Assembly (NCBI GenBank): GCA_965205975.1 | Contig: OZ242195.1 | Coordinates: 5,216,001-5,280,000 of the forward strand | Origin: Candidatus Latescibacterota bacterium | Lineage (GTDB): Bacteria; Latescibacterota; UBA2968 | Reading direction: 5' to 3' | Length of the DNA: 64,000 bases | Shown: positions 9,455 through 18,108 of the stretch, piece by piece | Numbering within the stretch: position 1 is the stretch's first letter | Layout: each line of letters starts with the position of its first letter | Notes under the pieces: generated by a model | Databases searched by the model: none | Seen by the model: the letters and a program-made list of their open reading frames with translations, nothing else | What the model was told of the DNA's origin: nothing | Position numbers and translations under genes: made by a program

Positions 9455-11632
9455 ATGAAAAAAGCAGTTCTTCATTTTCCGCCTTTTGCCTTTTATCTGT
9501 GTATATCTGCGTTCATCTGCGGATGCTTTTCTTCTGTCAGCTATGCTTCTTCTCCATACGAAGACATGGGGGCACGCGATAATCTGTACGCTGCCGCAAA
9601 GCAAGCATTAAATGTGGGCGAACCGCGTACTGTGCGAATGATCTACTTTTTGCCGAATGACCGCCCGTTTCAGCAAGCAGTAGTTGATTCAATGAAAGTG
9701 ACAATTCGCCAGATACAGACGTTTTATGTCGATCAGATGGAGGCACATGGCTATGGTCGCAAGACCTTTCGCTTTGAAACCGATGCACAGGGCGGTCCAG
9801 TGGTCCATCGCGTGGATGGGCAGCATCCCGATAGTCAGTATCTCGACAATACATTTAACACTTTATTTGCCGAGATTGGACAAGCGTTTGATGCCACACA
9901 GAATATTTATTTTATTGTTGTTGACAATAGTACGAATCGAATTGGGCAGGCGGCCGGTAGTGCAAGACTGATGGGAAAAAATGGTGGCATTTGCTTCGTG
10001 CCTATCGGATTTCACTGGACAACGGCGGCCCATGAACTCGGACACACTTTTGATTTGCGTCACGATTTCAATGATGATACGTACATTATGTCGTATGGTC
10101 GCGAAGGACGATATCAATTATCTGCGTGCCATGCGGAATTTTTGTCTGTGCATCCCTATTTCAATCCCGATATACCAACTGAAGAGGCGCAGCCACCAAC
10201 TATCGAACTCGTTTCGCAGACTGGATATCCAGCCAGTTCAAAGAGCGTTTCTATCCAACTCAAAGTCAGCGATGCGGATGGGCTGCATCAAGTGATCTTA
10301 TTTATTACAACAATCCCCCCTCATTCTGCTACTGGATCTTATGAAGTGAAGTCGTGTCGTGGATTGGCAGGTGAAAGAGATGCCATTGTTGAATTTGATT
10401 ACGATGGCGTTATTCCATCTGATAGCAGCACGAGTCTTTCTGATCCTGTCGAGCATCGGATTTATGTCGAGGCTGTTGATTCTTTTGGGAATGCTGGCAA
10501 TACGCGTTTTGAGCTATTTGATATTTCGACTCAGCGCAATCACATCGCTACCCTTGAAGAACATACGGGGAATGTCTATTCGGTGACGTTTTCACCTGAT
10601 GGCACCACTCTCGCTTCTGGGTCAGGGGATCCCTCTATCAAGCTATGGGATGTTGCGACACGGACAAATATCGCCACGCGTACACGATTTACGAGTAGCG
10701 TTTATTCAGTGGCGTTTTCACCCGATGGGGCCATTCTCGCTTCTGGGTCAGGGGACACGGTTACTCATCTGTGGGACGTTGCTACGTGGGCAATAATTAC
10801 CACGCTCCAAGGACATACGGAGGCGGTCAATTCAGTGTCATTTTCACCCGATGGGGCTATCCTTGCTTCCGGGTCAGAGGATCGCACAGTCAAGCTGTGG
10901 GATGTTGCGACACAGACAAATTTTGCCACGCTTGAAGGACATACGGAGGCGGTCAATTCAGTGTCATTTTCACCCGATAGTGCCATCCTTGCTTCTGGAT
11001 CAGGGGATCGCACAGTCAAGCTGTGGGATGTTGCGACACAGACAAATTTTGCCACGCTTGAAGGACATACGAGTGGCGTTTATTCAGTGTCATTTTCGCC
11101 CGATGGGGGTATCCTCGCCTCCGGGTCATGGGATGACACAGTCAAGCTGTGGGATGTTGCGACACAGACAAAAATTGCCACACTTGAAGGGCATCGGGGT
11201 AACGTCTATTCAATATCATTTTCACCCGGTGGCAGAATCCTCGCTTCTGGGGCAGGGTCATGGGATCGCACAATCAAACTTTGGGATGTTGTCACGGGGA
11301 CAAACATCGCTACGCTTACGGGGCATAGGGGTATGGTCCGGTCAGTATCATTTTCGCCCGATGGGGCCACCCTCGCTTCTGGGTCATGGGATGACACAGT
11401 CAAGCTGTGGGATATGTCTCTGTATATCACCTCTCCTACGCCAGCCTCTGCATCCGACTTTGATGGTGATGGTACTGTTGGCTTTGCTGATTTTTTGCAG
11501 TTTGTGGAACTGTTTGGGTTAAATCAGGAAGATGAGGCGTATCAAGCGCGATTCGACTTGAATGGGGATGGTGTGATTGGGTTTGGGGATTTTCTGATTT
11601 TTGTCAACGCCTTTGGTGAGAAGGTGTCATGA
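9455..11632 (+). CDS. Secreted multidomain protein: zinc metallopeptidase domain + ~7 WD40 repeats + C-terminal paired EF-hand (dockerin-like) module
   Basis: Signal peptide; 'AAHELGHTFDLRHD' zincin motif; repeats 'GH..V.SVSFSPDG..LASGS.D.TVKLWD'; 'DFDGDGTVGFADFL...DLNGDGVIGFGDFL'. Confidence 0.85.
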   Translation: MKKAVLHFPPFAFYLCISAFICGCFSSVSYASSPYEDMGARDNLYAAAKQALNVGEPRTVRMIYFLPNDRPFQQAVVDSMKVTIRQIQTFYVDQMEAHGYGRKTFRFETDAQGGPVVHRVDGQHPDSQYLDNTFNTLFAEIGQAFDATQNIYFIVVDNSTNRIGQAAGSARLMGKNGGICFVPIGFHWTTAAHELGHTFDLRHDFNDDTYIMSYGREGRYQLSACHAEFLSVHPYFNPDIPTEEAQPPTIELVSQTGYPASSKSVSIQLKVSDADGLHQVILFITTIPPHSATGSYEVKSCRGLAGERDAIVEFDYDGVIPSDSSTSLSDPVEHRIYVEAVDSFGNAGNTRFELFDISTQRNHIATLEEHTGNVYSVTFSPDGTTLASGSGDPSIKLWDVATRTNIATRTRFTSSVYSVAFSPDGAILASGSGDTVTHLWDVATWAIITTLQGHTEAVNSVSFSPDGAILASGSEDRTVKLWDVATQTNFATLEGHTEAVNSVSFSPDSAILASGSGDRTVKLWDVATQTNFATLEGHTSGVYSVSFSPDGGILASGSWDDTVKLWDVATQTKIATLEGHRGNVYSISFSPGGRILASGAGSWDRTIKLWDVVTGTNIATLTGHRGMVRSVSFSPDGATLASGSWDDTVKLWDMSLYITSPTPASASDFDGDGTVGFADFLQFVELFGLNQEDEAYQARFDLNGDGVIGFGDFLIFVNAFGEKVS
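10811..11188 (+). repeat. Near-identical 126-bp tandem coding repeats (WD40 blades)
   Basis: Units start at 10811, 10937 and 11063 (ggacatacg...), 126 bp apart. Confidence 0.9.
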
Positions 11633-11689
11633 TTTGCGCCTTCTGGGGTTAGGCATTTGAATCCAGGTCTTTGATAAAGGAGATTTTCC

Positions 11690-12601
11690 ATGCGTCGCTT
11701 CACGCGTACACCTTACTACAGTGGGCCGGATGATCCGGCTATTGGCGAGGTGCGGGGTACGCTTGCCCTGGGTGAAACCGTTGTTATTGAGACGATTGGT
11801 GGAGCCGACAATGATTTTGAGGCTGCTGGTGAGGTTCGTGCGGGGATGATTACTTCTGGAGAAAGCCACCGCCGATACGCCCGTCGTGGTGGTCCTTTTC
11901 GCATTGAGGGAATTGCGCCGGATGACTGGGTTGCTATTGAGATTATCGATATTGAGGTGGGGCCTTACGGTTTTTATCGCAACGGAGGGCCGAACTGGGG
12001 CAACTGGCGTTGCGTGGCGCCTGTGCGGGATGGGTTGATCCATTTTCCGCCGGATTTTGTGGTGCCGGTGCGTCCCATGGTTGGCGTGGTTCAGTTGGAA
12101 CCGTGGGCTGCCCATTCGATTGACCACGGCGGCAATATGGATTTTAATGCGATTCAGCCAGGTAGTACTGTGCATATTCGCGCCCAAAAGCCCGGGGGGT
12201 TGCTCTCTCTGGGCGATGTTCATGCGCGGATGGGCGATGGCGAGTTGACTGGTGCTGGTGTGGAGATCGATGCGGCGGTTACTATAAAGGTGGATCGCTC
12301 TCCCGGGTTTCCCAATAGCAGTCCGGTGGTGGAGACGACTACGGTGGTAGAAGCTGCTGAGGAGTATCTGACCAGTGCCCGGGCGACTGAGTGGGGCGAG
12401 GCTCTCAGGCTGGCATGGCTGGAGATGGTGGCGCTGATTATCGATCGCTACGATACGACGTACGAATACGCCAATATGATTGTGGGCACGATTGGCGATG
12501 CGCGGCCCGGCTTTGCTACGGGCTATATGGGTAGCTATGTCACATGTCAGATTGCAGTGACTAAGGAATTGCGGCGCACCGGGATGCCGTATGAGGCGTA
12601 G
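11690..12601 (+). CDS. Acetamidase/formamidase family protein
   Basis: 'GPFRIEG', 'PVRPMVG', 'HGGNMD', 'LSLGDVHARMGDGE'. Confidence 0.85.
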   Translation: MRRFTRTPYYSGPDDPAIGEVRGTLALGETVVIETIGGADNDFEAAGEVRAGMITSGESHRRYARRGGPFRIEGIAPDDWVAIEIIDIEVGPYGFYRNGGPNWGNWRCVAPVRDGLIHFPPDFVVPVRPMVGVVQLEPWAAHSIDHGGNMDFNAIQPGSTVHIRAQKPGGLLSLGDVHARMGDGELTGAGVEIDAAVTIKVDRSPGFPNSSPVVETTTVVEAAEEYLTSARATEWGEALRLAWLEMVALIIDRYDTTYEYANMIVGTIGDARPGFATGYMGSYVTCQIAVTKELRRTGMPYEA

Positions 12602-12639
12602 GGGTTTTGAGGTTTACAACATTTATGAAAGGATTTGCT

Positions 12640-13413
12640 ATGTATTTGTACGGGATTCGCAATGCGAGTTTGAATATGGATTGGGGAAAAGACGCTTTTG
12701 CCACAGCAGGGGATATTGGGTTTGATGGGGTAGAGATTGTGCTGCGAGAGGAGGAGCGGTTGGATTGGCTTTTGAGCGCGGCGGGTCGGGAGGAGGTTGG
12801 GCGATGGGTTGAGGAGACGGGTGCGCAAGCGTGTTCTATCAGTTTTGCTCTGTTTCGAGAATACAAGGGGAATGAGGAAGATAAGGCTGTGCGCGACCGC
12901 GTAGTGGAGCTTGTGCAAAAGGGGATTCGCGCATGTAAGGGAATGGGCGGTGTCGGTATTTTGCTTCCGTATTTTGATGCGGAGAATCTCGATATGTCGA
13001 GCGTGCATGCAGAATTGCTGATTGAGGACATGAAGCGATGCGCCCCTGTCGCTGAAGACGAGGGTATTAAAGTTGCTCTGGAGACGAGTTTTTCACCGGG
13101 GTTGTTGAGGACGATTTGCGATGGCGTGGGGTCTGAGATGGTGGGGGTGTATCAAGATACGGCCAATGCGCTGCAATACGGGTACGATTCGGTCGATATG
13201 CTCGTTGATTTATCTGAACACACACAATTGATTCATATTAAAGATACGCGGCGTTCTGATCTGGGCGAGGGCGATGTGGATTTTCCCGCGTGTCGAGATG
13301 CGATTGCACAGATCGGTTATGAGGGTTGGCTGATTTTTGAAACGCCAGGGGGGGCTGACCCTGTGGCATCGGGTAAGAAGAATTTGGTGTTTGCAAAAGA
13401 GATGTTTGGGTAG
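12640..13413 (+). CDS. Sugar phosphate isomerase/epimerase (xylose isomerase-like TIM barrel)
   Basis: 'GFDGVE', 'VALET', 'DTAN', 'IHIKD', 'LGEGDVDF', 'GYEGWLIFE'. Confidence 0.85.
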   Translation: MYLYGIRNASLNMDWGKDAFATAGDIGFDGVEIVLREEERLDWLLSAAGREEVGRWVEETGAQACSISFALFREYKGNEEDKAVRDRVVELVQKGIRACKGMGGVGILLPYFDAENLDMSSVHAELLIEDMKRCAPVAEDEGIKVALETSFSPGLLRTICDGVGSEMVGVYQDTANALQYGYDSVDMLVDLSEHTQLIHIKDTRRSDLGEGDVDFPACRDAIAQIGYEGWLIFETPGGADPVASGKKNLVFAKEMFG

Positions 13414-13415
13414 GC

Positions 13416-13508
13416 TGGCAGAGGGAGGGGGACTCGAACCCCATGCGAAAATTCGCACGCGGGCTTGTGTTTTGCTGCCCGCGGCCCACCTTGGACCGTT
13501 CACCCCCT
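13416..13508 (-). ncRNA. tRNA-like RNA copy A (93 nt): 8/4 allo-tRNA-type cloverleaf, long V-arm, encoded CCA, 12-nt non-canonical anticodon loop
   Basis: Reverse complement: AGGGGGTG AA CGGTCC-AAGGT-GGGCCG CGGGC-AGCAAAACACAA-GCCCG C GTGCGA-ATTT-TCGCAT GGGG-TTCGAGT-CCCC CTCCCTCT G CCA. Confidence 0.85.
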
Positions 13509-13527
13509 GCATTGATGCTGTTATTTT

Positions 13528-13613
13528 TGGCAGAGGGCGAGGGACTCGAACCCTATGCGGTTGCCCGCACCACCGACCAGTGTCGGGCGGCCCCCTTGGA
13601 CCGTTCGCCCCCT
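13528..13613 (-). ncRNA. tRNA-like RNA copy B (86 nt): 8/4 allo-tRNA-type cloverleaf, long V-arm, encoded CCA, 4-nt loop in place of anticodon loop
   Basis: Reverse complement: AGGGGGCG AA CGGTCC-AAGG-GGGCCG C CCGAC-ACTG-GTCGG TG GTGCGG-GCAA-CCGCAT AGGG-TTCGAGT-CCCT CGCCCTCT G CCA. Confidence 0.88.
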
Positions 13614-13653
13614 ACCTATCTATTTTGACAGAGCTACGCGCTCAAGAGTTTCT

Positions 13654-14625
13654 TCAAAGATGAGGACGCAGTTCGCCCAGGGATTGTTCCCCGGGTTGGA
13701 TATATTCTACGGCTGGGCTTTCGACGCGTCCATAGGCATTCCATACTTTGAATCCGAGTAAAGAGAGAAGGTCGGGCGATGCCTCGGCGAGGACTTCGGG
13801 TGCCGTGCCTATGGTAAAATTTTCCTGTGGGCGGAACTGGGGACCACAGAATGTGGTGAGTATGGCCCAGCGCAGTTGGTCGCTTATATTGGCTCCCGTG
13901 CCGTGCCAGATGCGTCCGTCGAGGAATCCAACTGTGCCGGCTGGACCTTCGAGGGCGACTGTTTCGATGGCGTTGTCGTCGGGGTTGTCTGGGCGTCGTC
14001 CCCACAGGTGGCTGCCGGGGACGATGCGGGTGCCGCCGTTTTCTGCTGTGAAGTCGCCGATCATCCATACTACGTTGATGACGACGCGGGGCCAGATGGA
14101 TGCGGCATCGGGTTCATCTGTTTGCTCTCGGGTGATAGAGCCTGCGGGTAGATGCGTTCGGTTCGGGCGCGTTGGCATGGGCATCCACCATTGGTCTGTG
14201 TGCAGGCGCATAGGAACGCCGCCGGGTTTGGCGATGTTGGCCGAATGGCTCGATAACAGATAATCATTGCCCAGTGCGTGATCTATGATGTTGCGAACCC
14301 CTGAGTGTAATAGCATGTCTTGAAATACCCGACCTTTGTTGATCAGCATCCACACGCGCTGGTTGACGCCTCCTGCCGATTGTGTAAACGCCCCTGCGCG
14401 TACATGCCCGTTTTTATTTTTAAAATCCCCCCAGTTCTGTTTTGCACCCCCGTCTTCAAATGCAAGCCCGCGTTGTTTTTCGGCAATGGCCTGTTCTTTT
14501 AGACGGGTTTTAATTTTTGAGAGGTCTTCCGCATTGAGCGCGTTGGCGAGCAGGCCATAACCACAGGTGTCGAGTTGGGTTTTGACCTGTGCGAGATTTT
14601 CGGTTGGTTGTGGAAGTTCAGACAT
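13654..14625 (-). CDS. Phytanoyl-CoA dioxygenase (PhyH) family Fe(II)/2OG oxygenase
   Basis: 'LHTDQ' HxD, 'DFTAENGGTRIVPGSH', 'IWHGTGAN'. Confidence 0.88.
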   Translation of the reverse strand: MSELPQPTENLAQVKTQLDTCGYGLLANALNAEDLSKIKTRLKEQAIAEKQRGLAFEDGGAKQNWGDFKNKNGHVRAGAFTQSAGGVNQRVWMLINKGRVFQDMLLHSGVRNIIDHALGNDYLLSSHSANIAKPGGVPMRLHTDQWWMPMPTRPNRTHLPAGSITREQTDEPDAASIWPRVVINVVWMIGDFTAENGGTRIVPGSHLWGRRPDNPDDNAIETVALEGPAGTVGFLDGRIWHGTGANISDQLRWAILTTFCGPQFRPQENFTIGTAPEVLAEASPDLLSLLGFKVWNAYGRVESPAVEYIQPGEQSLGELRPHL

Positions 14626-14637
14626 GCGTATTCCTCA

Positions 14638-15936
14638 TTATCGGGGTAAGATGCCATACTGGCGCAGGGTGCTTTCCAATGTGGGGCGACTAAGGCGGAT
14701 TCGGTCGTCGTTTAGCAAATAGGAGAAGACATATCCGAGGCCGAGCATAAAGATCCCGATTAAGAAGCAATATATGACTGCGCGGTCGGGGTATTGGTCT
14801 TTCAGGTACCCCACGTAGAGTGGGCCAAAGATTCCCGCTGCTGCCCAGGCGGTTAGAATTGCCCCGTAGATGTTGGACATTTTTTTGCTGCCAAAGACGT
14901 CGAGAACAAAAGATGGCATTGTGGCAAAGCCGCCGCCAAAGCACAAGAGGACATAACAGACGAGCGCGGAAAAGATCCAGGGGTTGCGCTCTGTCATTAA
15001 GATGCCGAAGACGATCATCTGGCTGGCGAGTAAGATTCTGAAGACGCCAACGCGACCGATGCGATCCGATAGCAATCCCCAGAAGAGCCGCCCCACGCCG
15101 TTGCACAGGGAACTGACGGCGATGAGCGTGGCGCCGTACTCGGCGAGTGTTACCGGTTCCAGGGATGGATCCGCAAATCCCCAAACTTCTTGCAGGAGTT
15201 CCGACTGAAAGCTGATGACGGAGATGCCCGCGGCGATGTTGAAGAAGAATACGATCCACATGAGGATAAATTCAGAAGACCGAAGATAGGGTGCGACTGT
15301 GTCTTCGTATTCCAAGGGGTCATCGTCAGCAACGGGTACAACGGCGGCCTTGGGATCGCTCAGCACAAAGCTGGAGGGCAAGAGGATACAGGCAAATACA
15401 ATGCCGAGCCATAAGAAAATGAGGGTCAGGTCCGACTCTGTTCGCAGCACGAGAAAAGGTGCCAGCACTTTGCTCAAGAGAAATGCACCTACGCCGAATC
15501 CCATCACGACGATGCCTGTCACCAGACCCTTGCGATCTGGAAACCACTTTGCCGCGGTTGCAACTGGCGTTACATAGCCAAGCCCAATTCCCGCACCGCC
15601 GATAACGCCGTATCCCAGGTAAAAGAGTGGGATAAAGTCTATGTGAAGGGCGAGGCTCGCGATCATATAACCACCGGAAAACATGACGCTGCCCGCGACT
15701 GCGAGTTTGCGGGGTCCGAATCGCGGTAGCGTCGCGCCTGCCCAGGCCGCGGATGTGCCGAGGGAAAAGATCGCGATACTAAAAGCCCAGGCGGTTTCTG
15801 TGAATGTCCAGCCGAGTTGCCTGACCAGAAGCGTTTGAAAGAAGCTCCACGCGTACACGGTGCCGAAACAGAGTTGCAGGAGCGTGCATAAGAGCGCGAT
15901 GACTGAACGCGGAATCTGTATTTCTCGGTTTGGCAT
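14638..15936 (-). CDS. MFS transporter, OFA (oxalate/formate; monocarboxylate) family
   Basis: 'GTVYAWS', 'GLGYVTPVATAAKWFPDRKGLVTG', 'NGVGRLFWGLLSDRIGR'; ~12 TM. Confidence 0.88.
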   Translation of the reverse strand: MPNREIQIPRSVIALLCTLLQLCFGTVYAWSFFQTLLVRQLGWTFTETAWAFSIAIFSLGTSAAWAGATLPRFGPRKLAVAGSVMFSGGYMIASLALHIDFIPLFYLGYGVIGGAGIGLGYVTPVATAAKWFPDRKGLVTGIVVMGFGVGAFLLSKVLAPFLVLRTESDLTLIFLWLGIVFACILLPSSFVLSDPKAAVVPVADDDPLEYEDTVAPYLRSSEFILMWIVFFFNIAAGISVISFQSELLQEVWGFADPSLEPVTLAEYGATLIAVSSLCNGVGRLFWGLLSDRIGRVGVFRILLASQMIVFGILMTERNPWIFSALVCYVLLCFGGGFATMPSFVLDVFGSKKMSNIYGAILTAWAAAGIFGPLYVGYLKDQYPDRAVIYCFLIGIFMLGLGYVFSYLLNDDRIRLSRPTLESTLRQYGILPR

Positions 15937-15952
15937 TTTTATGTGTCCAGTG

Positions 15953-16056
15953 GCGAATCAACGAATCAACGAATCAGCGAATCGAAGCTCGTAGTGATTT
16001 GGGGTGGCTGGGCGGGATTCGTCTATTCGTCTATTCGTCTATTCGTCTATTCGTCT
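15953..16056. repeat. Dispersed short-tandem-repeat element: (RCGAATCA)x4 ... GGGGTGGCTGGGCGGG-(ATTCGTCT)x5
   Basis: Read directly; the right half recurs at 27516-27570. Confidence 0.85.
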
Positions 16057-16750
16057 CTTTACCCTCAGAAACATAGAGGAAGAGGTTGGCGAGGTGTCCG
16101 ACCTCGTCGTCGCGCGATAGCAGTTTGTCGTCCGAGGCTCCATTTTCACCGCGTGCGCGACCCACTGCATAAGCGAGGAGATCGCCGAGGGGATTCGCCG
16201 CGAGGTTGACGAGCCATATCGCAGCAAAGAAGCCTACCACGAGTATGATGCAGATGAGATAGACCTGTCTTCCGATTGCTCTTTGAATTTTTAGCGCAAT
16301 CAGCCCCGTGTCCATGCCTACGTGAACCGTGCCGGCGATTCCTGCCAGAATCGGACTGCCAACCTCTACGAAATCGCCCATTCCAGGCAGATTGCGTTCT
16401 ATGGCTTCTGTCTTGAATGGGTCGTCTGTTCGAATGACTTCGGGAATGCCGGGCACGAATGTGTGGGCGAGAAATTCACCTGATTCATCTGTAATATAGA
16501 TGTATTTGATGCTCTGGATTTCGACAAACTGATCGATGAGAGACTGCAAAGCCGCGAGGTCCCGATTTAAGAGAATATCGACACTGGAGTCGGCGATGGT
16601 CTTCGCGATGTTTTTGCTGTTGTTCTCGTATTCTTCTGACAGGTGTGTATCGACTGTGTAAATACACAGGGCGGATGTTGACAGGCTGATCACACCAAAT
16701 AGCGCGAAGATTCCGAACCGCGTTTTTTGAAAGAGTTTTTTGATTTTCAT
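16031..16750 (-). CDS. Two-TM sensor-like protein with extracytoplasmic domain and terminal HAMP, no output domain
   Basis: TM - periplasmic domain - TM - 'NPLGDL...RDDEVGHLANLF' HAMP pattern, then stop. Confidence 0.75.
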   Translation of the reverse strand: MKIKKLFQKTRFGIFALFGVISLSTSALCIYTVDTHLSEEYENNSKNIAKTIADSSVDILLNRDLAALQSLIDQFVEIQSIKYIYITDESGEFLAHTFVPGIPEVIRTDDPFKTEAIERNLPGMGDFVEVGSPILAGIAGTVHVGMDTGLIALKIQRAIGRQVYLICIILVVGFFAAIWLVNLAANPLGDLLAYAVGRARGENGASDDKLLSRDDEVGHLANLFLYVSEGKETNRRIDE

Positions 16751-18108
16751 TTTATGCCAAACCTGTCTTCCCAGTTATCCAGCGTGACAAAACGGCCGTT
16801 TTCGACAACGGTGTAATAGACTCGCTGTAGCCCCTGTCGTCGGTCTGGACCAAAAGAGACCTGTTCCCCGATGCCCAGATCAAAATCTCGAATGCTGAAG
16901 ACCGCGTCTTCGAGCTGGCTTCGCTGCGGGTCGTCGCCGAGGCGGCGCAGAATTTCAACCATCAATTTGGCGTTGAGAAATCCCTCGAGGCTGACAAAAC
17001 TTTGCGCAAAGGGTGTGTAGTCTTCTTTCACCAGTTCTTCGGGTGGTTGAGGGGCGTATTGTTGCATCATTTCGCGGTACTCTTTGACAGCTGGCGTGGA
17101 TGTTTCTTCGTAGCTGGGCACGACCTGGGAGTTTACGAGCAGTTGCGTGTATGAGTCGCTGTTGTCCTGTCCTTCGGTGAGAAGTTTCAAGAGGTTTTCA
17201 CTTCCGACAAAGGACAGGTTGGCAATTGGAACCCGCAGGCCCAGGTCAACGGCGTCGCGTGCAAAGGCCGCACATGCCGCATAGGCTCCTATGCAGATCA
17301 CCGCTTCTGGGTCTGATGCTTTCAGTATTTCGACCTGTTTTCGCATGCTGCCGGTGAATTTTTCTCCGCGGCTGTACGTCGCTTCGCCCACTATTTGTTC
17401 TCCGTGCTGCTTCAGGGCACTTCTTACGCCTGCCCATCCACTGCGACCATAAGCATCGGCTTGATAGAATACGGCAATGCGTTTTCGGTTGATGCGAACA
17501 AAATTATCCACGAGACCAGCGGTTTCCTGGCGGTAGGAAGCGCGCAGATTAAAGGCGAAGTCGCCATAAGGCGGTTCTCGCTGGGGTTGCGCGCCAGTGA
17601 ATGGAAAGAATAAGAAGATGTTTCTGTCCTGGAACTTTTTGAGCATGGGGAGCACGCGGGTTACGGTGGGCGTTCCGACATAACCGAAAAGCAAAAATAC
17701 TTCGTCTTCCAACATCAATTTCAGGGTGTTTTTGACGGAGGGATCGGGCTGGTAGCCGTCGTCATAGGTTTTGAGAACGACTTTGCGTCCCGATATGCCT
17801 CCCTGCTGATTGATGTGTGTGAAATACGCACTGGCACCGCGATACAGTTCAATGCCCAAACCCCGGGATGGGCCGGAGAACGCTGCGGATATGCCGAGTA
17901 TAATCTCGGTGTTGGTCACGCCAGATGATGTCTGTGTCATGGTGTGCCTCCTTGTTTGTGGTTCAAGCTGGCCGGTGTTGGCGACCGCTATCAGAGTTTT
18001 CAACCATGGGGCGATCGCGCAACAGGCAAGGCCGGAACGGATGAGTGCTCTTCTCGTTATTGGTTTCATACGGGATGTGCTCTTTCGCTGACGCCCGGAC
18101 CTGATCAT
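16747..18108 (-). CDS. Branched-chain amino acid-type (LivJ/Peripla_BP_6) substrate-binding protein, Tat-like signal
   Basis: 'ITRRALI' twin-Arg; 'INQQGGISGRKV...YDDGYQP', 'GYVGTPT', 'FNLRASY'. Confidence 0.85.
   Translation of the reverse strand: MIRSGRQRKSTSRMKPITRRALIRSGLACCAIAPWLKTLIAVANTGQLEPQTRRHTMTQTSSGVTNTEIILGISAAFSGPSRGLGIELYRGASAYFTHINQQGGISGRKVVLKTYDDGYQPDPSVKNTLKLMLEDEVFLLFGYVGTPTVTRVLPMLKKFQDRNIFLFFPFTGAQPQREPPYGDFAFNLRASYRQETAGLVDNFVRINRKRIAVFYQADAYGRSGWAGVRSALKQHGEQIVGEATYSRGEKFTGSMRKQVEILKASDPEAVICIGAYAACAAFARDAVDLGLRVPIANLSFVGSENLLKLLTEGQDNSDSYTQLLVNSQVVPSYEETSTPAVKEYREMMQQYAPQPPEELVKEDYTPFAQSFVSLEGFLNAKLMVEILRRLGDDPQRSQLEDAVFSIRDFDLGIGEQVSFGPDRRQGLQRVYYTVVENGRFVTLDNWEDRFGIK

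Noticed and set aside
10811..11188. DGR template/variable repeat or CRISPR
   Set aside because: In-frame WD40 coding repeats; differences are not confined to adenines; no reverse transcriptase in the window.
13416..13560. attL/attR tRNA 3'-end duplication from an integrative element
   Set aside because: Both copies have complete 5' halves that pair with their own 3' ends, lie only 19 nt apart, and no integrase is present.
13416..13613. Canonical tRNA-Sec, tRNA-Ser or tRNA-Leu genes
   Set aside because: No UCA or any 7-nt anticodon loop; the T-stem is 4 bp (bacterial tRNA-Sec is 8/5, standard tRNAs 7/5); no sel genes nearby.
15953..16056. CRISPR array
   Set aside because: Contiguous 8-mers with no unique spacers; no cas genes in the window.
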